Positions 11,447 to 21,093 of a stretch of 64,000 nucleotides of DNA are shown piece by piece (the stretch's first letter is position 1; the number at the start of each line of letters is the position of its first letter). The notes beneath the pieces are model-generated. The model was not told the DNA's origin. It did not search any database and worked only from the letters and a program-made list of their open reading frames with translations. The stretch spans positions 1-64,000 of the forward strand of contig CAVVKN010000006.1 in the NCBI GenBank assembly GCA_963748825.1, read 5' to 3'. The stretch comes from Methanotrichaceae archaeon. Lineage in GTDB: Archaea; Halobacteriota; Methanosarcinia; Methanotrichales; Methanotrichaceae. Both the position numbers and the translations under genes were made by a program.

Positions 11447-13423
11447 TTATTTTTTGGCCAGGAGCGGGATTGCATCGAGTGCTTTGGGATTGGCGACTGC
11501 CGATGTGTCTCCCAGAGCCTCTCCCAGGGCCTTGGCCTTGATTAGCGGCCTGACGGGCTTTCCTGCCTTGTTCCTGGGGATGTCGGCAACGAATATGACA
11601 TCCGAGGGAATGGCGATGGGGCCTAAGGTCTTTCTGACGAAGTTCTTGATATCTTTCTCTAATGCGGCGTCCGGCTTCGCCTCGGGCTTCAAGACGGCGA
11701 ATACCACAATGCTCTCGCCCTTCACTTTGTCCGGTTTGCCCACGACTGCAGCAGCGGCAACGGAGGGATGCTTCTCGGCTGATGCCTCAACTTCGGCATT
11801 GGAGATCCTGTGGCCTGCCACCTTGAGGACATCGTCTCCTCTTCCCAGAGCCCAGATGTATCCGTCCCCGTCCACGCGGGCCTTGTCTCCGGAGAAATAC
11901 TTGCCCGGAAAAGCGGCCCAGTATGTCTCGTTGTACCCAGCCGGATCCTGGTAGACCTCGCGGAGCATGGAAGGCCAGGGCTCGGTTATGAGTATGTTGC
12001 CGGTGCTTCCAGCCGGCACTGCTACGCCGTTGTCATCCACTACCTCTACGTTGTAACCGGGCAGAGCGAAGCTCGGCGAGCCGGGCTTGAGCGGAGTTAT
12101 GGGCAGAGGAGCGATGACCTGAGAGCCGGTCTCGCTCTGGAACCAGGTATCCATGATAGGAGCGAATCCGTTGCCCACGTATTTCCTCCACCAGACGAAG
12201 GCATCGGGGTTCATGGCCTCGCCAACCGAGCCCATGAGTCGCACGGTGGAAAGATCGTATTTCTGCGGCCATGAGGGCCCCTCATTCATGAACATCCTGA
12301 TGGCGGTAGGAGCAGTGTAGATCACAGAGACCCCGTAGTCCTCAATGATCTTAAACCACCGGCCGAAGTCGGGATAATCGGGCGAGCCCTCGTACATGAT
12401 GCTTGTGGCGCCCAGGCACAGTGGCCCGTAGGCGATGTAGCTGTGGCCGGTGATCCATCCGATATCTGCGGTAGACCAGTAGACATCTGTATCCTTGATG
12501 TCGAAGACCCAGGACGTAGTGAAGGCCGGGCCAACACTCATTCCGGCATGGGTGTGCACTATGCCGCGCGGCTTTCCGGCAGCTCCGGCCGTGTAAAGGA
12601 TGAAGAGCGGATCTGCACTATCCATGGGCAGAGTCTCGCAGGAGCCGGACTGGCCTGCTATAAACTCATTCCACCAGACATCGCGACCTGCCGTCATGGG
12701 CGTCTCCTGGCCGTTTCTCTTTACAACTACTACCTTCTCGATGCACTTCAGGCCAGCGATGGCCTCATCAGCCTGGGGCTTGGTGGCAATGGGCTTGCCC
12801 CGGCGGTAGGAGCCGTCGCAGGTGACCAGGATCTTTGGCTGGCAGTCCTCCAGTCTGTCACGAATAGCCACGGCGGAAAAGCCGGAGAATACTACTACGT
12901 GAATGGCACCGAGCTTGGCGCAGGCAAGCATAGCCACAGGCAGCTCAGGAATCATGGGCAGATAAATTCCCACGCGGTCGCCCTTTTTGATTCCTTCGGC
13001 CTTGAGGGCATTGGCGAACATGTTGACCTCACGGGATAGCTCAAAATAGGTGATCTTGCGCACATCGCCCACGGGCTCTCCCACGAAGATATAAGCCAGC
13101 TTGTTGCGCCGCCAGGATTTGGCGTGCCTGTCTACGGCATTATAAGCTACATTGATCTTGCCGCCCATAAACCACTTGGCGAAGGGGGCTTTCCACTGCA
13201 GTGTCTGCTTGTAGGGCTCGAACCAGTCCGCGTAGGTTTGGGCCATCTCGTCCCAGAACTGGATGTAATTCTTAGAGCACCACTCTCGCATTTCGCTCTC
13301 AGATTTCAGGCCCTTGGTCTTCATCCAGGCCATGACATTGGAGTTTTCAACTAGATCACGAGGAGGATAGTACAGACCTTGCTCTGCAGTCTGAACGGAT
13401 TTATCTGATTTATCATCAACCAT
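11447..13423 (-). CDS. acs: AMP-forming acetyl-CoA synthetase paralogue with variant motifs
   Basis: WFMGGKINVAYNAVDRH, DIGWITGHSY, SVGE, DTWFQSETG, GRGDDVLKVAGHRIS; start taken at ATG 13423. Confidence 0.92.
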   Translation of the reverse strand: MVDDKSDKSVQTAEQGLYYPPRDLVENSNVMAWMKTKGLKSESEMREWCSKNYIQFWDEMAQTYADWFEPYKQTLQWKAPFAKWFMGGKINVAYNAVDRHAKSWRRNKLAYIFVGEPVGDVRKITYFELSREVNMFANALKAEGIKKGDRVGIYLPMIPELPVAMLACAKLGAIHVVVFSGFSAVAIRDRLEDCQPKILVTCDGSYRRGKPIATKPQADEAIAGLKCIEKVVVVKRNGQETPMTAGRDVWWNEFIAGQSGSCETLPMDSADPLFILYTAGAAGKPRGIVHTHAGMSVGPAFTTSWVFDIKDTDVYWSTADIGWITGHSYIAYGPLCLGATSIMYEGSPDYPDFGRWFKIIEDYGVSVIYTAPTAIRMFMNEGPSWPQKYDLSTVRLMGSVGEAMNPDAFVWWRKYVGNGFAPIMDTWFQSETGSQVIAPLPITPLKPGSPSFALPGYNVEVVDDNGVAVPAGSTGNILITEPWPSMLREVYQDPAGYNETYWAAFPGKYFSGDKARVDGDGYIWALGRGDDVLKVAGHRISNAEVEASAEKHPSVAAAAVVGKPDKVKGESIVVFAVLKPEAKPDAALEKDIKNFVRKTLGPIAIPSDVIFVADIPRNKAGKPVRPLIKAKALGEALGDTSAVANPKALDAIPLLAKK

Positions 13424-13632
13424 TTTAAATCGCCTTACTATATTTGCAATTAAAAAGGCATTTATATCCAAATTAAATCTTATTTTCTGATTTTGAATTG
13501 TAATGGATATTCAAATGCCTTTTTGACACTGTATTTTAGTCTTATTCGGTAGATATAAATCTTTCTTAACTAAATTATGATTATATATTTGCTAATAAAC
13601 TGGTAAATCTTTATTTTAATTTTGACTTTTGA

Positions 13633-14586
13633 TTGGAAATTGACGGATCCTCGGAGAGAATTAATCTATTGTCCAGGCTCCTGGCCAGGAATCGAGAAGA
13701 GGAGCTGATGGTGAATATCTTTCGCATCGGAATCCCTGATTACTCAGAGCAGGCTTTTCGTGAAGGTCTGGCCAATGCCCTGATTCACCGTGATTACTCC
13801 AGACTCGGGGCTGTGCATGTGCAGTGGCATGAGGACAGGATTGAGATCTCCAATCCAGGCGGCTTTCCGGAAGGCGCCCGGCTGGATAACCTGCTTGTCA
13901 CACCACCCAGGCCGCGTAGTCCCGTCCTTGCGGATGCCTTCAAGAGAGCCGGAATCGTTGAGCGTACTGCCAGAGGCATAGATACAATCTTCTTTGAGCA
14001 GCTTAGGAATGGCCGTCCCGCTCCATCTTATGAGCGGAGCACGGAAACCGACGTTATCCTGGTCCTGCCGGGAGGAAAAGCAAACCAGGATTTCGTGCGG
14101 CTGGTGGTGGAGGAGAACCAGGCAGGTCGGCCCTTCCGGCTGGATGATTTGCTTTTGCTTAACCAGTTATGGCTGGAGCGCCACTTGGCTGTTTCAGAGG
14201 CCGCTTTTGTCATTCAAAAGCCTATTGCAGATGCGAGATCGATCCTTGAGCGACTGACAGAAAGTGGAATTGTAGATGCCCGCGGAGAAGGCAAGAATCG
14301 CTCATACCAGTTCTCTGCTCACACCTACAAGAGACTGGGCCAGGAAGCTGCATATGTGCGACAGCGAGGCTTGCAGCCGGTTCAAGCAGAGCAGATGGTT
14401 GGCCAGTATGTGAAGGCTTATGGGAAGATCACACGCAAGCAGGCAGCAGAGCTATGCAAGATCTCCTCAACACAGGCACGCGATCTTCTGAGTCGGCTGG
14501 TGAAAAAAGGCATTCTGGAAATGCATGGCAGCAAGAAAGGAGCCTATTATGCGGATGCGTCCAAAAATATGGATGAATCCAAATAG
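13633..14586 (+). pseudogene. 5'-truncated RecG-C (HATPase_c_4)/wHTH regulator; the usual N-terminal AlbA_2 domain is absent
   Basis: FREGLANALIHRDY, IEISNPGG, ERTARGI and two wHTH-like segments; starts abruptly at an AT-rich to GC-rich transition near 13640. Confidence 0.75.
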
Positions 14587-14602
14587 TATTTGGATGCATC
14601 CA
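14553..14602. promoter_or_regulatory. Three copies of the palindrome GGATG(C/A)(G/A)TCC
   Basis: ggatgcgtcc at 14553, ggatgaatcc at 14571, ggatgcatcc at 14592. Confidence 0.45.
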
Positions 14603-14711
14603 AAAAAGGGCATATTTAGTGGATTATGGAATCTTTTTATGTATCAATATCTTGTGCTTTTATCGAATTCCACCTTGCTTGCAGTTGCCCTTCGGATGGT
14701 TCTATATGAGT

Positions 14712-14869
14712 CTCGCCCCACACCGTGTTCCTCAGGCGCGAGTGCAACCAGCTACCAGGATGGCTATGGGCTGATCATGCCGTTAGCCGTCAGGGAAGCC
14801 CGAAGGGCCGACGGCTTGATCTGCCCAGACAACTGTTAGTTGCACTGCGCTGGAGCGGTGTGGGGCGAG
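14712..14869. other. 158-nt intergenic rod-like hairpin (structured RNA or attC/REP-like DNA element)
   Basis: Perfect 14-bp outer arms ctcgccccacaccg/cggtgtggggcgag; inner stems agtgcaac/gttgcact, tgggc/gccca, gatca/tgatc, agccgtc/gacggct; cap gccc-gaa-gggc. Confidence 0.75.
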
Positions 14870-14989
14870 TTGATACGGATTCAGACCGGGCCGGCGCCGG
14901 ATCAATGGTTTCGAGAAAAAAGCCCTGAAGATAACCAATAGCTTAATCAAATCATCTCATATGAAGAATCAGAAGCTGGAGGGAATAGA

Positions 14990-17900
14990 CTGAAACTGCA
15001 TATTATCAAAGGGCCTGCTCTATCGGGAAAGACCGAATATCTGGCAAGAGAAATGGAGCAAGCTCACCGTGAGAATCCCTTATCATACACCTTTCTAGGG
15101 CCAACTGGTGAATTCGTAAAGGAGTTCTCAGAATGGTTTTCAAGGCTTCTGCATTCATCCATTCCTAGGGGCAGTTTTATGGTCATAGACCAGTTTGCTG
15201 ATGAGGTCTATGGCCATAATCATCACGAAATGATATATGCAGACAGGCACCTTCTAAAGGTGTTCATAGCTAATATTCTTGGATCTGCAACCCAAAAAGA
15301 CTTGGGAACCTTTTATCCTCTGAAAGACTCCATGAGTTTGGTGGGATTCGTCGCCGAGGCGGTGACGCAGGCCAAGGACGATGGAGAAGCTGCCCTTATA
15401 GCAAGGCTGGCCAACGATCAGGCCCGCTCTATTGTCCAATTTGCACTTGAGGAGCTGAAAGTCAGTTACGGGGCTAACCTCTTTGACACCTTTGATGCTT
15501 ACTGGAAGATCGAGGCCGAGGAAATTCGGGATTATATTGCGTCCCGATATAGCAAGAGTCTTTTCCTTGACGGTTTCACTAATCTCTCCTGGGCTCAGAT
15601 GATCTTTCTCTCGAAAATCATTCCTCTGTTCCAAGAAACTTTCATGACCCTGGACCCGGGCCTTGTGGATAAAGAGAACTGGACTAAATTCCTGGAATTG
15701 CTCGCGGCTCAGTCCGTGGAGGTCCTGGAAGAGCAGCTTACCTCCTCTCCAAAGGTCACTCTACCACTGGAACGGCTCTTGAGAGACCAAGGCCCACCGG
15801 TGGGCCTGGAAGGCGATTTCATCCAAATCGCCTGCCTAAAGGACCCGGAGGCGGAGTTGATGCAGGTCTGCCGGGATATCAAGCGGCGAATCCTCGATGA
15901 CGGTATGAAGCCCGGAGAGATAGCTGTGGTCCTCAACAATTTCTCGGAACGGGCACGAGAGTTCTTTAGGAAGCTGGAGGAATATGGAGTTCCAGTTAAG
16001 GTAAGCGGTGAAGAACCATTATCGAGCAGTATTGCCGTCCAGCTTCTAATTCTGCCGTTCCGGGCGGCTCTGGCCGGGTATCCCCCTCATCTGCTCATAT
16101 CAATGCTGGATCATGGCCTGGGATTGTCGGAGGCTCCGCAATTCGATCTAGACGGTCTGGAAGCTCTGGCCAAGGGAGCTGGGCTGTACATCGGGCCAAG
16201 GAGAAGTTCTCTGCAGGAGCGAAGAGTGGAGTGGAAGGCAAAACTGGAAGGTCATCTTGAGGCACTAAAGCAAAGGAAGGAAGTTCTCGCCCAAGATGAT
16301 AGCGTCTATGATAGCGATCTTCAGGCAAAAGATTCAGAGATCCGGCTTTGCCAGGAGATGCTGGAAAAATCCGGCCAGCTACTAAAGGCTCTGCAAGGGA
16401 TCGAGAAGTTCAGGGAAGGGGGGACCGATCTTGAGGGGTTCAAGAAGGAGCTATACTCCTGGATGGAGCTTCTCAAGGTTCGTTTTCTTAATATTGCAGA
16501 TCTGAAAACCGAAGCCATGGCCATAGCCAAATTTGAGCAGTTGCTGGGCAAGCTGGAGGTCGTGGTCAGTATTATGGGTGGCAATAGTCTGACTCTGCAG
16601 GGTCTCATGGCCTTTTTGGAGATCTTGATAGGCAGCGAGGAGTACAGGCCATCTCCTCCCCTGGCCAACAAGGTGGAAATCCTGTCTTTGCATTCGGCGA
16701 GATTTCGGCACCGGTCTATAAAGTACATTGTTGACTTCAATGACGGGATCTTCCCCTCTCGCCGCTCCAATCCCCTTTATTCCCTGGAGGGCTCTCCTCA
16801 GGGGGGCTATGGTTACTACCAGATCAAGGAACGCGAGCAGAGGCAAGCGCTCTATTCCTGCTTATGCTCCTCTTCTCAGGCTGTGATAACTTATCTCTCC
16901 GCCTCCCGAGAAGGAGAGCTGATGATGCCTTCTTTATGGCTGGATAGCTGGACCTTCGAAAAAACCAATTTCTTGGAAAGAGGGACTGTTCCCATGAGTT
17001 ATGCCGAGCTGATGATCCAGTTTGGGCGAGGCATGGCTCAAGGAGGAGAACCGGTCGTACCTGAAAGCACTCAAAGTCTGACGGCTCCATTGAAGCTCTA
17101 TGCCGATTCGGAATTTTCCTGGAGGATAGAAGATAAGGCAGTTGTCGAATCCCTGGTAGGCAGGAGCTTGAGCTATACCAGGCTTTCTGAGATGCACAAG
17201 TGTCCTTTTAAGTTCTTCCTGCGTCGCATGCTCCGGCTGGAGGAACTGTCCAATGAGCTTTATGAACTGTCGCCCATTGAGAAGGGAATCACCTACCACG
17301 CCGCTCTCAAGAGCCTCTATGAGTGGAGGCAGGAGGAGAATGCCACCTGGGACAGGGCAATAGAAGAAGGCAAGATCAGAGAAGTGGTAGAAGGCATAAT
17401 GCAGAGATTCCTGGCGGTCAATACCGTCCGGTCCTTGCAGTCCGTCAGAAGGTCCATGGCAGAAGATGCGACTGGCACGATTCAGGGATATCTGGAGTTT
17501 GAAAGGGACAATGCAGAGAAGGCCTGTATAGGTGAAAAGACACTTGTTGAGCTGCCGTTTGAACGCAGGCTGGGAGACATGGCCTGCCTGGCATCCGGCT
17601 GCGGCAAAAAGTATGGCCATATGATCCTGCGGGGCAGGATAGACCGGATTGACATAAATGTTGCTCTGAAAAAGAAGGTCTACGATCTGGTTCTCTCCGA
17701 TTACAAGGCCGGCACTTCCGGGGACTGGGACCAGCTGAAGCTGTACACTCTGGTACTGTTATCTCTGGAGCACAAGGATCTTCCCAAGAATCCGCAGCTT
17801 ATAAGGTCTTTTTTCAGGGTAGTAAAGGAAGGAAAAATTTCCAAGAATCTGGATGCAATTACCAGCCAGGGCAGGATGGATCTCTCCACCAGGCCAAAGT

Positions 17901-18076
17901 CGTCCCTGAGCTTTTCGGATGTGGACCGGGAGCTCCTCCAGATCCTCGATCAAATCTTCGAGCAAAGGGAGTTTCGGCCAGGGAAAATGATCGAGGAAAA
18001 GGGAGGCGACTGCTATTTCTGCGATCTGTTGCAGAATTGCGAGTCCATCTTGAATTCCAGAGGAGGAATGCAATAA
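14990..18076 (+). CDS. addB: AddB/RexB-like subunit (helicase-like N-terminus plus PD-(D/E)xK nuclease with four Fe-S cysteines)
   Basis: In-frame extension from CTG 14990 gives IIKGPALSGKT; nuclease motifs RGRIDRID, SDYKAG, QLKLY; Cys motifs HKCPFKFF and CYFCDLLQNC. Confidence 0.8.
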   Translation: MKLHIIKGPALSGKTEYLAREMEQAHRENPLSYTFLGPTGEFVKEFSEWFSRLLHSSIPRGSFMVIDQFADEVYGHNHHEMIYADRHLLKVFIANILGSATQKDLGTFYPLKDSMSLVGFVAEAVTQAKDDGEAALIARLANDQARSIVQFALEELKVSYGANLFDTFDAYWKIEAEEIRDYIASRYSKSLFLDGFTNLSWAQMIFLSKIIPLFQETFMTLDPGLVDKENWTKFLELLAAQSVEVLEEQLTSSPKVTLPLERLLRDQGPPVGLEGDFIQIACLKDPEAELMQVCRDIKRRILDDGMKPGEIAVVLNNFSERAREFFRKLEEYGVPVKVSGEEPLSSSIAVQLLILPFRAALAGYPPHLLISMLDHGLGLSEAPQFDLDGLEALAKGAGLYIGPRRSSLQERRVEWKAKLEGHLEALKQRKEVLAQDDSVYDSDLQAKDSEIRLCQEMLEKSGQLLKALQGIEKFREGGTDLEGFKKELYSWMELLKVRFLNIADLKTEAMAIAKFEQLLGKLEVVVSIMGGNSLTLQGLMAFLEILIGSEEYRPSPPLANKVEILSLHSARFRHRSIKYIVDFNDGIFPSRRSNPLYSLEGSPQGGYGYYQIKEREQRQALYSCLCSSSQAVITYLSASREGELMMPSLWLDSWTFEKTNFLERGTVPMSYAELMIQFGRGMAQGGEPVVPESTQSLTAPLKLYADSEFSWRIEDKAVVESLVGRSLSYTRLSEMHKCPFKFFLRRMLRLEELSNELYELSPIEKGITYHAALKSLYEWRQEENATWDRAIEEGKIREVVEGIMQRFLAVNTVRSLQSVRRSMAEDATGTIQGYLEFERDNAEKACIGEKTLVELPFERRLGDMACLASGCGKKYGHMILRGRIDRIDINVALKKKVYDLVLSDYKAGTSGDWDQLKLYTLVLLSLEHKDLPKNPQLIRSFFRVVKEGKISKNLDAITSQGRMDLSTRPKSSLSFSDVDRELLQILDQIFEQREFRPGKMIEEKGGDCYFCDLLQNCESILNSRGGMQ

Positions 18077-21000
18077 TGGAGCAGAACCTCTTCATTTCGG
18101 CAAGCGCAGGTACTGGAAAGACACATACCATCTCCACGGCTTATGTCAACCTCTTCGATCAGGCTTTTCAGAATAAAGATCCCCTGGATGTGGGAAACGT
18201 GGTGGCCATAACCTTCACCCGGAAGGCGGCAGCGCAGATGAAATCCCGAATTCTGGATATGATAAGGCAGCATGAGGCTGGCGAAGCACAGTGGCAGCAG
18301 CTTAAATCATCCATGGCCTTTGCCTGGATAAGCACCATAGACTCCTTTGCAGCACGCATCCTTTCTGAGGTTGGCATCTATGCTCAAATAGCTCCGGATG
18401 TCCAGATAGGCTCGAATTCGAGGGTAAACAGCATTTTAGAGCGATGCATATTCCGTGCATTCTTTGAACATGAGGACTTGATTGAACCTTTGATCCGGCA
18501 CCTTACTCTGGATGACCTCAGCCGTGCCCTCAAGAGAGCCGTAAAGGAGAGGAGATATGCGATGATTAGGTCGAGGCCTACAGGAAATGTGGAGGCGGGG
18601 CTGCCTCTGCATGGCGATCCCGCCATGGCTGGGGCCCTGGTTCTGGCCTCTGAAGCCTTTAAGAACCTCTTCGATGAGGTTTACAAATCGTTCCTGGAGG
18701 AGACGGCGGAAGAGAAGTTAACCGATTTTGCCGGAGTTCTCGTCACTCTTAGGGATTTGCTATCCTCGCCCGAGAATGCCTGGATTAAAGAGAGATACAG
18801 CAGTCAGTTTCGTTACATCATAGTAGACGAATTTCAGGATACCGACTCCCTGCAAAAGGAGGTCTTGGACCTGCTGCGGGGCGAGCATAGCCACATCATC
18901 TACGTGGGCGATGCCAAGCAGTCCATCTACAGGTTCCGAGGGGCCGAAGTAGAGGTCTTCTCCGATGCTAGGGAAAAGATCAGGTCGGAGGAGGGAGAAG
19001 TGAGGCACCTGGAAAGAAACTACCGGTCCCATCCTGACATTCTGAAGCTTTGCAATGCATTTTATCCATTGATCTTCAACTCCTGCGAAAAGAACTATTC
19101 TCAGAGCTATGAGCCGGTAAGTCCTCTGACCGTCGTAGGAGAGACCTGCAATCGGCCCAGAGTGAAGATACTCTTTGATCCTCAGGATGAAGCGGAAGCT
19201 GCGGCGAAATATATCCTGAGCATAGTGGGCCAGCAGTTCGATTTTGTGGAGAGGAAACAATTTGCAGGTGAGACAAAACTGCTCGCCACCAAGAGACCCA
19301 TAATGTTCAAGGATATTGCCATCTTGCTGCGGAAGATGAGGCCCGATAAAGGCAAGGAGTACACAAGCGCCCTTGCCAGGCACGGCATTCCTTTCTACAC
19401 CGTGGGCGAGGCCGGATTTTTCGAAATTCCAGAAATCGCTGGCATTCTGGCCACGCTCAGGGTGCTGTCCAGTCCGGGCGATGAGATGGCTTTGACCTCT
19501 GCCCTCATGTCGCCGGTAGTGGGCCTGGATATTCAAGATATGGCCCGGCTAAAGTGCAGGGCTCGGGCAGCAGGCACAGGAATTTACGAGATTTTGGGGC
19601 AGATAGAAGAGTCAGACATAGATCCAGGCAGGATAGATCGTGTGAGGAGATTTCATGGGGCCATGGAGAGGTACCTGCCCATCAAAACCATGATCCGGCC
19701 CAGTGAGCTGGCGGAGAGGCTGGTGGAGGAGCTGAATTATCCGGCTTTCCTGGCCGTAGAGGATAGTAGCGGCCGCAAGTCTGCCAACCTTCGCAAGTTC
19801 ATCATAACTGCCCGCAGCCTGGACGAGGCTGGAGTATCCTTGCGGGATCTGGTCCGGATGCTCAATAACGTGGGACTGGACGACGAAGAGCAGGCCTCCA
19901 TCGAGAGCGAGGATACGGATGCGGTCAAGGTCATGACTGTCCATAAGGCCAAAGGTCTGGAGTTTCCCATAGTGATAATAGGCGACACCTCCTGGAGCCA
20001 AAAGGAGCAAAAAGAAGTACTGCTCTTTGATAAAGGTGAGGAAGACATGTGTTTCGCCCTCAATTGCCTGGACAAAGATCAGTGCGTTGGGTCCTTCCTG
20101 GGCAAGCTGATGGCGGAGGAAAAGGACCGGGACTATGAGGAGGAGAAGCGCTCTTTATACGTAGCTACTACCAGGGCCTCGGATATGCTGGTCTTGACGA
20201 TATCCAGCAAAAAGGGCAATAAATCACGACCCTGGCGGGAGATGATCCTGGGCAGTATGGTCCAAATTGAGGATGAGGGGGAAGAGATAGCTCTGGCTCT
20301 TGCATTTGAGAACATCGTGGAGATAGTTGCTTCCCCGGAGGCGACAGTGGCACCAGCTTCTGTTTCTCCCTCGCGGATTACTCTGGTGACCAGGTACATT
20401 GAGCCCGTAGCCTATGAGACATTTAAAGAATACATTTCGCCTACGATCATCAGCAAGACCTCTTCGCCTGGATGGAAAGTGGACATCGATGAAGATGATG
20501 TTATCCCGGAAGAGGACTCTGGAGAGGGAGATCAAAGCCGGGCCATGGGCCTTTTTGCCCACAAGGTCATGGAGGCTGTAGGAAACGGATGCCGGCTGGC
20601 AGAGCTTGCAGATGGCGGCAACAATGGCATTTTCCAGGGATTGCATCATCTGCAGTCTTCAGAGCTTAGTGAGGCCGAGGCGCAGGAGGTGCTGAGGCGC
20701 CTTGGCCGGTTGAAAGATCATCCCCTGGTAAAAGAGATGGAGGCGGCGTTAGAGTCCAGGAACGAGTACCAGGTCATCATGCCTTTTGGCAGGTACATTC
20801 TATCCGGCCGGCTGGATAAAGTGATCAAGACAGCCGAGGGATGGACGATTCTGGATTTCAAGTTTTTTTCATCAGAAAGGCATAGCGAGGCTTATGAGTT
20901 CCAGACCAAGTTTTATCTCTATATTGCTCGGGAGATCTTCTCGCCATTGTTGGGTGCAGAGCTGTTCTATCTGAAGGATGGTGTCTCTGTGAAAGTGCGA

Positions 21001-21093
21001 TTGGACGAAGAGGAAGTCCGCGACTTCGAGAATGATTTGATCAGGAGGATAGAAGAGTATCAAGCGGGCATAGTTATGGAGCTTCCGAAATAA
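18076..21093 (+). CDS. addA: AddA/RecB-like UvrD helicase-nuclease
   Basis: ASAGTGKT, ITFTRKAA, VDEFQDT, VGDAKQSIYRFRGA, NYRS, TVHKAKGLEF, LYVATTRA; nuclease GRLDKV...LDFK; TAATG stop-start overlap with addB. Confidence 0.88.
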   Translation: MEQNLFISASAGTGKTHTISTAYVNLFDQAFQNKDPLDVGNVVAITFTRKAAAQMKSRILDMIRQHEAGEAQWQQLKSSMAFAWISTIDSFAARILSEVGIYAQIAPDVQIGSNSRVNSILERCIFRAFFEHEDLIEPLIRHLTLDDLSRALKRAVKERRYAMIRSRPTGNVEAGLPLHGDPAMAGALVLASEAFKNLFDEVYKSFLEETAEEKLTDFAGVLVTLRDLLSSPENAWIKERYSSQFRYIIVDEFQDTDSLQKEVLDLLRGEHSHIIYVGDAKQSIYRFRGAEVEVFSDAREKIRSEEGEVRHLERNYRSHPDILKLCNAFYPLIFNSCEKNYSQSYEPVSPLTVVGETCNRPRVKILFDPQDEAEAAAKYILSIVGQQFDFVERKQFAGETKLLATKRPIMFKDIAILLRKMRPDKGKEYTSALARHGIPFYTVGEAGFFEIPEIAGILATLRVLSSPGDEMALTSALMSPVVGLDIQDMARLKCRARAAGTGIYEILGQIEESDIDPGRIDRVRRFHGAMERYLPIKTMIRPSELAERLVEELNYPAFLAVEDSSGRKSANLRKFIITARSLDEAGVSLRDLVRMLNNVGLDDEEQASIESEDTDAVKVMTVHKAKGLEFPIVIIGDTSWSQKEQKEVLLFDKGEEDMCFALNCLDKDQCVGSFLGKLMAEEKDRDYEEEKRSLYVATTRASDMLVLTISSKKGNKSRPWREMILGSMVQIEDEGEEIALALAFENIVEIVASPEATVAPASVSPSRITLVTRYIEPVAYETFKEYISPTIISKTSSPGWKVDIDEDDVIPEEDSGEGDQSRAMGLFAHKVMEAVGNGCRLAELADGGNNGIFQGLHHLQSSELSEAEAQEVLRRLGRLKDHPLVKEMEAALESRNEYQVIMPFGRYILSGRLDKVIKTAEGWTILDFKFFSSERHSEAYEFQTKFYLYIAREIFSPLLGAELFYLKDGVSVKVRLDEEEVRDFENDLIRRIEEYQAGIVMELPK

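Noticed and set aside
14525-14928. ORFs 14525-14839 and 14725-14928
   Set aside because: They overlap the hairpin and show no recognisable protein features
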